Assembly (NCBI GenBank): GCA_013349585.1
Contig: DUZG01000002.1
Coordinates: forward strand, 39,348-103,347
Reading direction: 5' to 3'
Length of the DNA stretch: 64,000 bases
Source: Nitrospinota bacterium
Lineage (GTDB): Bacteria; Nitrospinota; Nitrospinia; Nitrospinales; VA-1
Numbering within the stretch: the stretch's first letter is position 1; each line of letters opens with the position of its first letter. Of the stretch, positions 20,047 to 30,623 are shown piece by piece. The position numbers and the translations under genes were made by a program. A model generated the notes under the pieces. It searched no databases. It saw only the letters and a program-made list of their open reading frames with translations, and was not told the DNA's origin.

Positions 20047-20500
20047 ATGAAATTAATCTATTTAAGGAAAATACCACCGTTATTTTTAGTGCTTATTATA
20101 TTTTTGTTGCTATGGGTGCCATCTATACAAGCTCATATTGTTCATGTTGCAAACGATACTTACAATAATTCAGGGATGGCGAACAGTGTTAATGGAATGT
20201 CCGACAATATTTTCATTCGTGATGCCAATGGAATTCGGCAAGGTTATGCTCGTTCCGATCTCACGACCTCACCAAGCGGAATAACCGGCGCCGATATCAA
20301 AAAAGCTACTTTGTGTCTGTTCGTCAATGACGTGAACTCGGCTGGCAATATAGATATTCATCGGGTTACCGCGGCCTGGGTGAGAATTGAGCTTAAGCTT
20401 TAATAGCAGCCCTACTATTAATCCTGTCCCCTTTGCCGCAAACGTGGCATTCGCTAATGGAGGTGGAGATAAAAACGATGTCTGGCACACTTCCGATTAA
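20047..20500 (+). pseudogene. Secreted protein, possibly DNRLRE/CBM96-like; 3' part apparently frameshifted
   Basis: Signal peptide MKLIYLRKIPPLFLVLIIFLLLWVPSIQA. After …IDIHRVTAAW the expected W-x-E-L-S-L-S-F-N-S-S-P continuation is found only in the +1 frame. The family call is tentative. Confidence 0.35.
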
Positions 20501-20526
20501 TTTTGGATAGAGTTGTGGGTTGCCAG

Positions 20527-20950
20527 TTATCTAAATTTACTGGCGATCCTTCCTCTCTGCCCGCCCCGGTTATCAAGCCGTTCCTGACGTTGACCCTGAG
20601 CATTTTCCCTGCGACCCTGACTTTGGTTGCGCATTTTCGCGACGACCTTGCCTTTGGTCCTGACGTCCTTGACGATTTCCCTGAACATTTTCTCTTCGAC
20701 CCTGACGACGTTCTTGTCTGGAATTCTGTCGTCCTTCACGATGCTCTTGAACATTCCCTTGTCTTTCTTCGCGCCTTTGTTGAATCTCTTCCCGGAGTTT
20801 TTGTTGTTCTTCCTGCCTTTACTGGCGTCTTTCTTCGAAAGATTGGCGTTGGTTATCTGTGGCCTCATCAGCTGTCGTTTTACTCCAACCCGGAGCCGCA
20901 CTGAATCCAGAAAAAATTATTATCCCTGCTAATAAAATCCACGTTTTCAT
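20527..20950 (-). pseudogene. Secreted Gln/Arg/Glu-rich low-complexity repeat protein with an in-frame TAA and a frameshift
   Basis: ATG 20950 with an AGAGGA RBS, and signal peptide MKTWILLAGIIIFSGFSA. TAA at 20819..20821 (…ERRQ*RQEEQQKL…). The repeated QGRRENxQG units continue in another frame after about 20625. Confidence 0.55.
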
Positions 20951-20974
20951 AATTCCTCTTTCAAAAAGCCGACA

Positions 20975-21961
20975 CTATTTTTTATTAGACGATTTGCTCA
21001 TCTCATCGATTACCATTTCAGTTTCTTTTTCCACTTCTTCGCGTTTCCGCCATTCCCACACTTTCAAATGCGAGCCCATATAATAAGAATGATCAAGCAA
21101 CGATTCTCCATCCATAACACCCCAACGACCGTCCTCGACTTCTGTCAAGGCTTCGTAGATTGGGTTTTCTACGGAGGTATAGAGTAACTCAAGGTCGGGC
21201 GGGGTTACTTTTTGTCCCAATAAAAGTTTCACAGATGTGTCATCAATTTCAAAATCTTCCTGAATCAATTTCAGTGCTTCAGCTTTTGATTTCCCTTCCT
21301 TTATTTTTTCCTCCCATTTTTCTTCAATCGCTTTATTGCGTTTAGCAAAAGGATAATGCGTATAACTCAGGCTTTTGCCTATATGAAAATCCATATCAGG
21401 GAAATAAAGATAGGCCCAGTCTTCAAAATCTACTTCCACGCCCTCAGAGGCCCCAAGGTCTTTCGCTTTTTCTGGCGATTCAACCAATATCTGGTTATAG
21501 ACCTCAACAAATTGCTGCATACTTTCAAAAACCACCGAGTGATAAAAAGAGTTCATCCGATACCAGTTATTGGTAGAGTTTTGACTGTTCATCAATTTTC
21601 TCAACATCAGCATGAGCGTCTCAGCATCAGCAAATTTATGCGACACAGTAAAAAAGTTTTGTAAAAACTGCGACCGTTTCTCACTATCAGAAGAATCTAT
21701 ATTCTCCTGCAACTGGTTTTTCGCGTAATCCAGAGAATGGTGGACCAAACGTTCATGGTTCAGCTTGCGCTGGTATTCCATATACTGTTTCAGTTCGTCA
21801 TCTTCACTCTCTTTAGTGTTTGTAGGTTTGTTCTGGGTGATGTCTAACGCAAAAGCTAGCATATAAGATTCTCTTTCAAATAGTTTCTGACGACAAATCC
21901 CACAAGTGGGTTTTATTCCCCTAGCTTGCACGAATTCCAAATAAATATCTTTAGCTGACAC
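20975..21961 (-). CDS. Hypothetical protein (328 aa), no recognisable domain
   Basis: Long uninterrupted ORF with a GTG start and a CxxC near the N-terminus (CGICRQ). No motif I recognise. Confidence 0.6.
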   Translation of the reverse strand: MSAKDIYLEFVQARGIKPTCGICRQKLFERESYMLAFALDITQNKPTNTKESEDDELKQYMEYQRKLNHERLVHHSLDYAKNQLQENIDSSDSEKRSQFLQNFFTVSHKFADAETLMLMLRKLMNSQNSTNNWYRMNSFYHSVVFESMQQFVEVYNQILVESPEKAKDLGASEGVEVDFEDWAYLYFPDMDFHIGKSLSYTHYPFAKRNKAIEEKWEEKIKEGKSKAEALKLIQEDFEIDDTSVKLLLGQKVTPPDLELLYTSVENPIYEALTEVEDGRWGVMDGESLLDHSYYMGSHLKVWEWRKREEVEKETEMVIDEMSKSSNKK

Positions 21962-22294
21962 CCCTACGCTTTGGGGTCATTCTTTAAACTGTATTGAATA
22001 GGTTTTAAGATAATTTAAAATCCTCCCCCTGTCAATCGGGGGCTCCCGCCTCCTAGGAGTGTTGTAATGTTTATATTGGCAAACAAATGTTATCCCGGCA
22101 CAAAACGGGCATTGATAATTTCTCGTCGTGCATAGCCCAATCCAGAAGCATGAGAGCTTTTGTATCGCAAGAAAAAGCATTGACCTTTTCCCTCCACACG
22201 TTAGTGGGGAAGGTTGACAAGGCTGGTGCGGTCTGATAGCGTAACTATCATTATTATGACTATTTAAAAATCTTTTTCGGACGGAATAAAGCGT

Positions 22295-23344
22295 ATGCCC
22301 TGGGATGATTTACACGAATCAAAAGAACCTGATGACAGGTTTAAAAATAGAGGCGGACAAGGTGGAGGCCCACCTAAACCCCCTTTCGATTTTCCTCAGA
22401 TAAAGATACCGCAATTCAAACCCTCCATGCTACTGGGGATCGTTCTACTGTTATTGGTAGTTTGGATTATCCCTGGAACATTCTATTTTGTGGAGCCCGA
22501 TGAAGAAGGTGTGGTGACGAGATTCGGAAAATTCATCCGAACTGCTTCACCCGGATTACATTTTAAATTTCCATCGCCAATAGAGCACGCCGCCACCCCA
22601 AAAGTCACGCAAGTGCGTCGTGCAGAAATTGGTTTCAGAGCTACACAGGGACGGCCAACACAACAGGTGCCGGCTGAATCTTTGATGCTTACCGGTGACC
22701 AGAACATCGTCGATATCAATCTGGTAGTTCAATACCGAATTATGGACTCCGTCCAATACCTGTTTAATGTTCGTCGACCCCATAAGTTGATTCGCGATTC
22801 AGCAGAAACGGTTATTCGTGGAATCACAGGTAGTAAAAAAATTGATGAAGCTCTGACCACAGGTAAAGCGGAAATTCAAATACTTGCGAAAGATCAAATT
22901 CAGGCTCTACTCGACCATTACAAGTCTGGTTTACAGGTAGTGACCATTCAGCTTCAAGATGTGCATCCACCTGAGCAGGTGGCAGACTCGTTCAAAGACG
23001 TTGTTCGAGCCCGTGAAGATAAAGAAAGAATGATAAATGAAGCTCAGGGTTATCGCAATGCGGTGATCCCAGAAGCCCGAGGACAGGCGGCCCAAATTAT
23101 ACGCATCGCTGAGGGGTACCGTGAAGAAAAGGTCAAAAAAGCAGAAGGTGATGCTAAACGATTTCTTCAGCAATATGAGGCTTACAAAAAAGCCCCCAAC
23201 ATCACTCGAAAAAGAATCTATCTGGAAACCATGGAAGAGATTCTTCCAAACGTAAAAAAATTCATCATGGGAAAGAATAAAGGCGGTGGCGTGTTGCCAA
23301 TCCTTCCGTTAGGCGGAAACTCTATACTAGGAGGCAATAAATAA
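22295..23344 (+). CDS. hflK: FtsH protease modulator HflK (band-7/SPFH)
   Basis: 349-aa ORF. N-terminal TM helix, SPFH domain, C-terminal HflK-type coiled region. It is followed immediately by hflC. Confidence 0.9.
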   Translation: MPWDDLHESKEPDDRFKNRGGQGGGPPKPPFDFPQIKIPQFKPSMLLGIVLLLLVVWIIPGTFYFVEPDEEGVVTRFGKFIRTASPGLHFKFPSPIEHAATPKVTQVRRAEIGFRATQGRPTQQVPAESLMLTGDQNIVDINLVVQYRIMDSVQYLFNVRRPHKLIRDSAETVIRGITGSKKIDEALTTGKAEIQILAKDQIQALLDHYKSGLQVVTIQLQDVHPPEQVADSFKDVVRAREDKERMINEAQGYRNAVIPEARGQAAQIIRIAEGYREEKVKKAEGDAKRFLQQYEAYKKAPNITRKRIYLETMEEILPNVKKFIMGKNKGGGVLPILPLGGNSILGGNK

Positions 23345-23349
23345 TAGCC

Positions 23350-24201
23350 ATGAAACAAAACTACTTTATCATCGGCGGCGTGATTGCGATCATTATTCTT
23401 TCGTCAGCAATGTTCACGGTACATATGACGCAAAGCGTGATTGTGCTGGAACTTTCAAAACCTAAAGAGATCATCAAAGAGCCTGGGCTTTATTTTAAAA
23501 TCCCTTTTTTACAGCAGGTTAAGTACTTTCCAAACCAGTTACTCGATAACGATTCTTTACCTGCGGAAGTAATCACCAAAGATAAGAAAAACCTATTGAT
23601 AGACAACTTCACTATGTTCCGCATTAATGATCCGCTGAAATTCTTGGAAACGGTTCGCGGTGAGCAGGGTGCCCGGGCACGGTTGGACGATATTATTTAT
23701 TCCGAGTTGCGCGTTGAGATCGGGAACCATGACCTCATCGATATTGTTACCGAGACTCGAGATGCCATTATGGCGAAGGTCACCAAGGAAACTAATATTA
23801 AAGCCGCCGAATATGGTTTGGAAGTCGTTGAAGTAAGAATTAAACGTACCGATCTACCTCCTGAAATTGCCAGTTCCATATTCAACCGAATGCGCACAGA
23901 GCGTGAACGTATAGCTATGGAATACCGTTCAGAAGGTAAAGAAGAAGCGACCAAAATTCGCGCTGAAACCGACAAGGAAAAAACCATTCTCGTCGCAGAA
24001 GCCTATAAACAGGAGCAATCCATTCGTGGTGAAGGCGATGGACTGTCGACAAAAATTTACGCAGATGCTTTCAATAAAGACCCCAAGTTTTATTCTTTTA
24101 TGCGATCCATGGAAGCTTACAAAAACTCTTTAAATACAGACACTACTCTTCTGATGTCCGAAGGTTCCGACTTTTTGGAATTTCTAAATAAGTCCAAATA
24201 A
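23350..24201 (+). CDS. hflC: FtsH protease modulator HflC (band-7/SPFH)
   Basis: 283-aa ORF. TM helix plus SPFH domain. Paired with hflK. Confidence 0.9.
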   Translation: MKQNYFIIGGVIAIIILSSAMFTVHMTQSVIVLELSKPKEIIKEPGLYFKIPFLQQVKYFPNQLLDNDSLPAEVITKDKKNLLIDNFTMFRINDPLKFLETVRGEQGARARLDDIIYSELRVEIGNHDLIDIVTETRDAIMAKVTKETNIKAAEYGLEVVEVRIKRTDLPPEIASSIFNRMRTERERIAMEYRSEGKEEATKIRAETDKEKTILVAEAYKQEQSIRGEGDGLSTKIYADAFNKDPKFYSFMRSMEAYKNSLNTDTTLLMSEGSDFLEFLNKSK

Positions 24202-24279
24202 CTCAACATACCGGGTAGCAAAAAAACGAGAAACTCTTATTATGGCAGTGAGAATCTTTCTCTTTTTCTATAAGGTCGC

Positions 24280-25647
24280 ATGAGAATACTCATCGTTGGA
24301 GCGGGAATAGTCGGGTTTAATCTTGCCCAGGAACTTTCGCAGGAAGGCCACGATGTCGCCATTGTGGATAAGGACCTGGACCGAACGCGACGAATTTCAG
24401 ATACGCTCGATGTCATGGCGTTACAGGGCAATGCCTGCCTGCCCAGCGTATTGGTCAAGGCTGGCATAAAGACCACTGAAATGCTGATCGCCGTTACCGA
24501 AAAAGACGAGATCAACCTGCTTGCCTGTTTTCTTGCTTCCCGTTTTGACGTGCCCAACCGATTCGCTCGGTTGCGTGACATGGAATTCACCTCCAACGGT
24601 GCCATTCTTTCCCCACAAGATTTATTCGTCGATCAGGCAATCAATCCGCCGCAGATCATGGTCGAAACCATTCTGAAGTTCCTTGAAACTCCGGGTGTCG
24701 TCAACGTTGCCGAATTCGCCGATGGAGAAGTACTCTTGCGTGAGTTCGATGTTCCTGAAAATGCTCCCATTGCCGGGAAATCGATTCAGGACATCCGCAG
24801 TATCACTTTAATGGATTCGTTTCTAATCGTAGCCATCGTTCGTAAGGGGGAATTGGTACTCCCGAAAGATGAAGATATCATTCATGCGGGCGACAAGTTT
24901 TACACCCTAGTGGATAAAGAATTTCTGCCTTTTTTGCTCCCCATGCTAAATAAAACCATGGATGAAGTTCAAAAAGTAATTATTTATGGTGCTACACCCA
25001 TGGCCATTCACCTCGCGAAAACATTAGAAGAAGGCACCCGCGATGTGCGCATCATCGAGCCGTCCAGAGATATGGCCCACGTTGCGGCGGATCAACTGAA
25101 AAAAACTGTTGTCATGCATGGTAGTGGAACAGATATGGATCTGTTCAATGAAATTAATATGAAGGAAGCGGATTTTTTTCTGGCTCTTTCAGATGACGAC
25201 GAAAACAATATCCTTTCCGCTTTACTAGCAAAAAAATATGGTGCGAAACGGGCTTTGGTTATTACTAATGACCCTGAATACCTGCCTATCCTCGATTCTA
25301 TCGGCATGGACATTACCATTAACCCGCGCCTGATAACCGTCAGCGCCATATTGAAGCATTTGCGAAAAGGGCGCGTGATGTCGGTGTTCAAACTGATCGA
25401 AGATGCCGAAGTCATGGAAATCGGCGTGGAACCGGACTCCTCCATCGTTGACAAACAAATTTCGAAAATCAAATTTCCCAAGGAAGCCATCATCGGTGCC
25501 ATTCTCAGGAAAGGAGAAATGCTGATCCCAAATGATGAAATCATTTTGGAAGCCGGCGACTCGGTCATTCTTGTTGCCCTACCCGGAGCTATAGAAAAAA
25601 TCGAAAAACTATTTGACCGCAAGCGCTCCTTTCTTCCTTTTCGATGA
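24280..25647 (+). CDS. trkA: Trk potassium uptake system, NAD-binding subunit TrkA
   Basis: 455-aa ORF. Two Rossmann motifs (ILIVGAGIVG, VIIYGATPMA), each followed by a TrkA-C domain. Confidence 0.9.
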   Translation: MRILIVGAGIVGFNLAQELSQEGHDVAIVDKDLDRTRRISDTLDVMALQGNACLPSVLVKAGIKTTEMLIAVTEKDEINLLACFLASRFDVPNRFARLRDMEFTSNGAILSPQDLFVDQAINPPQIMVETILKFLETPGVVNVAEFADGEVLLREFDVPENAPIAGKSIQDIRSITLMDSFLIVAIVRKGELVLPKDEDIIHAGDKFYTLVDKEFLPFLLPMLNKTMDEVQKVIIYGATPMAIHLAKTLEEGTRDVRIIEPSRDMAHVAADQLKKTVVMHGSGTDMDLFNEINMKEADFFLALSDDDENNILSALLAKKYGAKRALVITNDPEYLPILDSIGMDITINPRLITVSAILKHLRKGRVMSVFKLIEDAEVMEIGVEPDSSIVDKQISKIKFPKEAIIGAILRKGEMLIPNDEIILEAGDSVILVALPGAIEKIEKLFDRKRSFLPFR

Positions 25648-27116
25648 ATATCCAAGTAATATTAAATGTTGTTGGGGTTCTGTTAATTCTTCTTTCCGGT
25701 CTTCTTCTGGCGCCACTTGGCGTTTCAATGTATTACGACCACCCTGCTCTCGAAGGTTTTATTTCAGAAACATCCGCTTTCAGCCTGACTTTTGCTGCGG
25801 GTCTTGTTTCAGGTCTTGTGCTCTGGAAGCTCTTCCCCTCTGGCATTGAAAAGCTGCGCGACCGCGAAGGGTTCGCAATTGTCGCCTCATCCTGGATAGC
25901 TATGTCCGTTTTTGGTGCCATTCCACTTTACCTTACAGGAGCCTGTCCAGACTATATCGACGCTCTGTTTGAAAGTGTCAGTGGGTTTACCACCACCGGA
26001 GCATCGATCCTTATTGAAATTGATGTGTTGCCGCATGGAATTCTTTTCTGGAGGAACCTGATGCAATGGGTGGGAGGAATGGGGATCATCCTGCTTTCTT
26101 TGGCCATCTTCCCGATGCTGGGTATCGGTAGTTTTCATTTATTCAAAGCAGAAATCCCCGGTGGAGCAACCGTTGAACAAACACAACCGCGGCTGGCTGA
26201 AACTGCAAAAGTTCTCTGGAAAACTTATCTTGCGCTTACCCTCATTGAAATTATTGCGCTACGCTTTGCGGGACTGGATTTCTTCGATGCTGTCTGCCAT
26301 ACATTTTCTACGGTCGCCACGGGAGGATTTTCCCCGCACAACGGTAGTGTGGGTGTGTTCAACAATATATATATTGAATCCATAATAATTCTATTCATGT
26401 TTTTCGGTGGTATCAACTTCGCACTGCATTCGCAGATGGTAAGAAGAAATTTTGCAGGCGTATTCAAAAATCCGGAATTTCGCGCCTATTGCTCCATGCT
26501 GATAATTGGTATTCTCTTAGTAACTTGGGGGCTCACCCGAGTGTCGCCCGATGGTGATGCTGGTCAAGCATTCAGGAGTGCCGCTTTCACTGTGGTCTCC
26601 ATTAATACAACCACCGGATTTGTTACGGATGATTTTAATTTATGGCCGGAGTATCTGAAACTTTTGATACTGGGCATCATGATGGTCGGCGGTTGCTCCG
26701 GCTCTACCAGCGGTTCCTTCAAGGTCATCCGTTTTATTATCCTGATAAAAATTATTTTAAGAGAACTCAAAAAACTGGTTCATCCACGGGCTATTTTCCA
26801 TGTGAAGGTAGGAGATAAAACCATCGACCCTGATGACCTTTCCAATGTTGCTGCACTGACATTTTTGTTTTTGGGAATTTCAGCCCTGAGCGCAATGATG
26901 CTTTCGTTCATGGGGGTTAATTTTACCACTGCAATTTCTGCATCTATCGCTTCTTTGTTTAATATTGGCCCTGGCCTGGGAGGTGTGGGTGCCATGGGCA
27001 ATTATGCCGCCATACCTGCTATGGGCAAGGGAGTTTTGATTGCCTGCATGTTATTGGGAAGGCTGGAAATTTATGGTATCCTTCTCCTTTTATTACCCAT
27101 CGCCTGGCGCAAATAA
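25644..27116 (+). CDS. trkH: Trk potassium uptake system, membrane subunit TrkH
   Basis: 490-aa polytopic ORF with TrkH-type selectivity motifs (SGFTTTGAS, TVATGGFS, TTTGF). Overlaps trkA by 4 nt. Confidence 0.9.
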   Translation: MNIQVILNVVGVLLILLSGLLLAPLGVSMYYDHPALEGFISETSAFSLTFAAGLVSGLVLWKLFPSGIEKLRDREGFAIVASSWIAMSVFGAIPLYLTGACPDYIDALFESVSGFTTTGASILIEIDVLPHGILFWRNLMQWVGGMGIILLSLAIFPMLGIGSFHLFKAEIPGGATVEQTQPRLAETAKVLWKTYLALTLIEIIALRFAGLDFFDAVCHTFSTVATGGFSPHNGSVGVFNNIYIESIIILFMFFGGINFALHSQMVRRNFAGVFKNPEFRAYCSMLIIGILLVTWGLTRVSPDGDAGQAFRSAAFTVVSINTTTGFVTDDFNLWPEYLKLLILGIMMVGGCSGSTSGSFKVIRFIILIKIILRELKKLVHPRAIFHVKVGDKTIDPDDLSNVAALTFLFLGISALSAMMLSFMGVNFTTAISASIASLFNIGPGLGGVGAMGNYAAIPAMGKGVLIACMLLGRLEIYGILLLLLPIAWRK

Positions 27117-27306
27117 GATTTGATTTCGCAAAAACAATAAATTAAAATTTCGTCTTCACAGTCAGAGCTTTGATGCTTGGCAAAAAAAGAGAATAAACCT
27201 TGATTTATAGCTACGGTATTAGACCTCGTCTGTACCTTTTATTTATTTGTCAGTGATTTGTCTTTAGTTTTGTAACACCCCTGATTTTTAAGGAATTTAT
27301 ATAGAT

Positions 27307-29085
27307 ATGGAAACCAACCCTCTAAAAATTACCGAACTCGTACTTCGAGATGCCCATCAATCGCTTCTCGCTACGCGGATGAAGACAGAAGATATGCTAC
27401 CCATCGCAGAAAAGCTCGATCAGGTGGGTTTTTTCTCCTTGGAAACCTGGGGAGGAGCCACTTTCGATACCTGCATCCGGTTTTTAAATGAAGATCCTTG
27501 GGAAAGAGCGAGGGCACTAAAGAAAAAAATGCCCAAAACCCCTTTTCAAATGTTGTTGCGCGGACAAAATGCAGTGGGTTACCGACATTATGCGGACGAT
27601 ATTGTTGAGCGGTTTGTCAAACAATCTGTAGAAGTCGGGATTAATATTTTCAGAATCTTCGATGCTCTCAATGATTTCCGCAATATAGAAACAGCAGTAA
27701 ACACTGTCAAAAAATGTGGTGAAACGGTTGAAGGCTGCATCAGCTACACCGTCAGCCCGGTGCATAACCTCGAACTCTATATCCAGATGGGGAAAACCCT
27801 TGAAAGCATGGGTTCGGATATTCTTTGCATCAAAGATATGGCTGGCTTGCTGACTCCTGATGCAACGAAAACCCTCATCACGGAATTAAAGAAAAACATT
27901 AAGCTCCCCATTCACCTGCACACACACGCGACCACCGGTCTCGTCGGAATGAATATACAATGCGCCATCGAAGCAGGGGTTGATATGGTTGACACAGCTA
28001 TTTCCTGTTTGTCGATGGGAACATCTCATTATCCAACCGAATGTATTGTTGCCGCATTAAAAGGAACTCCACGAGATACAGGTTTGGATCTGAATTTGTT
28101 GGAGGAAGTTAACGACTACTTCAAAGAAGTGAAGAAAAATTACTCCGAGTTTGAAAGTGACTTCCAGGGTGTGGATATAAACATCCTCAAATCACAAATT
28201 CCCGGTGGCATGATTTCTAATATGGAAAACCAGTTAAGAGAACAAAATTCCCTGGATAAACTCGAAGAAGTCCTCAAAGAAGTGCCGCGTGTTAGAAAAG
28301 ACATGGGCTACCCGCCCTTGGTCACCCCCACAAGCCAAATTGTGGGTTCGCAAGCAACATTGAATGTGTTGACCGGCGAGCGTTATAAAATAATCACGAA
28401 AGAAACGCGGCAATGCGTAATGGGAAATTATGGCAAATTGCCAGCACCGATTGATGAAGAACTGATGGCCAAGGTAGCCGGTGACAAAAAAGTTACAGAT
28501 TGCCGCCCAGCAGATTTACTTGAGCCCGAATGGGATGGCGTATGCAAAGAACTGGGGGATAAATATACCAGCGAAGAAGATCGTTTGACTTATGCCCTGT
28601 TTGGGAAAGTTGCGTTAAAGTTTTTTGAAACTCGAGGAAAACCTTTACCAGAAAAACCGGCAGCGGCAGCAAAACCGTCACCTGCAGGTGCGGCACAACC
28701 GACTGCAACCCCACAAAGTGGTTCATCGATTTATCAGGTTCGGGTCAATGGGAAAGATTTTACCGTTGAAGTGGTAATGGGTGGAGCAGGAACAATGGCT
28801 CCCGCATCGATTGCAGCATCAGCACCCGCAGCGGCTCTTACCCCGGCACCGGCACCAGCCAGTGGCGGAGGCGGCTCTCCACTTACCGCACCCTTACCCG
28901 GGTCTATTTTTTCCATGAAATGCAATGTCGGCGATGCAGTAAATGAAGGAGATACCCTTCTGATTATGGAATCAATGAAAATGGAAAGTGAAATCAAAGC
29001 CCATCAGTCTGGAACAGTTCAATCGATTCTGGTCAAAGAAGGCGATAACGTTCAAACCGGCGATCAACTGGTAATCATAGGATAA
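27307..29085 (+). CDS. oadA: Oxaloacetate decarboxylase alpha subunit (carboxyltransferase plus biotinyl carrier domain)
   Basis: 592-aa ORF. N-terminal TIM-barrel carboxyltransferase (LRDAHQSL), an Ala/Pro linker, and a C-terminal biotin motif MESMKME. Confidence 0.85.
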   Translation: METNPLKITELVLRDAHQSLLATRMKTEDMLPIAEKLDQVGFFSLETWGGATFDTCIRFLNEDPWERARALKKKMPKTPFQMLLRGQNAVGYRHYADDIVERFVKQSVEVGINIFRIFDALNDFRNIETAVNTVKKCGETVEGCISYTVSPVHNLELYIQMGKTLESMGSDILCIKDMAGLLTPDATKTLITELKKNIKLPIHLHTHATTGLVGMNIQCAIEAGVDMVDTAISCLSMGTSHYPTECIVAALKGTPRDTGLDLNLLEEVNDYFKEVKKNYSEFESDFQGVDINILKSQIPGGMISNMENQLREQNSLDKLEEVLKEVPRVRKDMGYPPLVTPTSQIVGSQATLNVLTGERYKIITKETRQCVMGNYGKLPAPIDEELMAKVAGDKKVTDCRPADLLEPEWDGVCKELGDKYTSEEDRLTYALFGKVALKFFETRGKPLPEKPAAAAKPSPAGAAQPTATPQSGSSIYQVRVNGKDFTVEVVMGGAGTMAPASIAASAPAAALTPAPAPASGGGGSPLTAPLPGSIFSMKCNVGDAVNEGDTLLIMESMKMESEIKAHQSGTVQSILVKEGDNVQTGDQLVIIG

Positions 29086-30320
29086 TGGAATTTAGCTTCA
29101 GTTCATCTGCGTCAAAAATAGTTCATTCAACTGCATTCACCAGTCTGGAGAGTGGCGATATTATAATGTTAGCCGTTGCTTGCCTCTTGATTTACCTCGC
29201 CATTTGGAAAAAGTTTGAACCTCTCTTGCTACTCCCCATGGGCTTCGGCTGCCTTCTTGCAAACATCCCAATGAGCATGATGGCAAGTACGGATACCGGC
29301 GGGCTTTTAAATTTTTTCTACCAGGGTATCAAACACGAAATTCTGCCACCCCTTATATTTATGGGAGTCGGGGCTTTGACTGATTTTGGTCCCTTGCTGG
29401 CTAACCCGATCACTCTTCTTCTCGGAGCCGCTGCGCAGATCGGGGTATACATGACTCTGATTGGTGCTGTCTATCTCGGGTTCAATATGCAGGAGGCAAG
29501 TGCTATCGGAATCATTGGTGGAGCTGATGGCCCCACATCCATTTTCTTAGCCAGTAAACTTGCACCCCACTTACTAGCACCCATAGCTGTAGCTGCGTAT
29601 TCTTATATGTCTCTGGTTCCTTTGATTCAGCCACCGATCATGAAACTTCTTACCACTGAAGAAGAGCGGAAAATCAAGATGGAGCAGTTAAAACCAATTT
29701 CACAAACAGTGAAAATAATTTTTCCGGTGGCTGTAACGATTGTTTGCTGCCTCATGTTACCCGGGGTGACTCCATTGCTGGGAATGCTAATGCTAGGTAA
29801 TATGTTTCGTGAATCGGGAGTGACCGCTCGCCTCCATGAAACTGCCGAAACTCATCTAATAAATATAGTAACCATTCTTCTTGCGCTCGCTGTGGGTTCA
29901 TCTATGACAGCAGATTCTTTTTTGCGGCTGGAGACTTTGAAAATTATTGCTTTAGGGTTATTGGCCTTCTCATTTGCAACCGCTGGAGGGGTTATTTTTG
30001 GAAAAATCATGTGCAAATTGTCAGGCGGCAAGATAAACCCCTTAATCGGTTCTGCGGGAGTATCTGCCGTACCCATGGCCGCACGAGTATCACAAAAAGT
30101 GGGTGCGGACACAGATCCTTCCAACTTTTTACTGATGCATGCGATGGGACCCAATGTAGCAGGAGTGATTGGCAGTGCAGTAGCCGCTGGTGTCTTCCTT
30201 TCTCTTTTTGGAGATGCGGGTAGCGGCATAGATACCCACGCAGCTCTGGCCCCCATAATCGGCACCCCCGAACCTGGAATGCAAGCCTTAGCCACAATTG
30301 TGGAAGCAATAAAGAAATAA
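29085..30320 (+). CDS. oadB: Oxaloacetate decarboxylase beta subunit (Na+-translocating)
   Basis: 411-aa polytopic ORF typical of OadB/GcdB-family Na+ pump subunits. TAATG overlap with oadA. Confidence 0.88.
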   Translation: MEFSFSSSASKIVHSTAFTSLESGDIIMLAVACLLIYLAIWKKFEPLLLLPMGFGCLLANIPMSMMASTDTGGLLNFFYQGIKHEILPPLIFMGVGALTDFGPLLANPITLLLGAAAQIGVYMTLIGAVYLGFNMQEASAIGIIGGADGPTSIFLASKLAPHLLAPIAVAAYSYMSLVPLIQPPIMKLLTTEEERKIKMEQLKPISQTVKIIFPVAVTIVCCLMLPGVTPLLGMLMLGNMFRESGVTARLHETAETHLINIVTILLALAVGSSMTADSFLRLETLKIIALGLLAFSFATAGGVIFGKIMCKLSGGKINPLIGSAGVSAVPMAARVSQKVGADTDPSNFLLMHAMGPNVAGVIGSAVAAGVFLSLFGDAGSGIDTHAALAPIIGTPEPGMQALATIVEAIKK

Positions 30321-30332
30321 AGGAAATTTAAA

Positions 30333-30593
30333 ATGGAAGCCAGTGTTTCAGCAGCCGTGAATGTTTCAATTCTTGCCATGTCCGTTATTTTTACGGTGCT
30401 GGTCATTCTCATATTCACCATTAAAGCACTGGTGAAACTCATTCCATACGAAGCACCCCCCCCTGCCAGAAAAGTTTCTTCCAGCAGGCCGCCAGGACAA
30501 GACGATCAAGTTGCCGCCATAACCGCGACCTTAGCCGCGCATATGGGAAAAAGACCAGACGAATTCAGGATCATCAATATCCAATCGCGTTAA
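30333..30593 (+). CDS. oadG: Oxaloacetate decarboxylase gamma-like small membrane subunit
   Basis: 86-aa ORF with one N-terminal TM helix. Placement directly after oadB. The assignment rests mostly on context. Confidence 0.6.
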   Translation: MEASVSAAVNVSILAMSVIFTVLVILIFTIKALVKLIPYEAPPPARKVSSSRPPGQDDQVAAITATLAAHMGKRPDEFRIINIQSR

Positions 30594-30623
30594 CGACCCA
30601 AGCCAACCCCATCCTAAATGTTT

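Noticed and set aside
20503-20932. Plus-strand ORFs 20503..20904 and 20627..20932
   Set aside because: They are mirror frames of the low-complexity Q/R-rich repeat gene on the minus strand. That gene has a proper RBS, an ATG start and a signal peptide.
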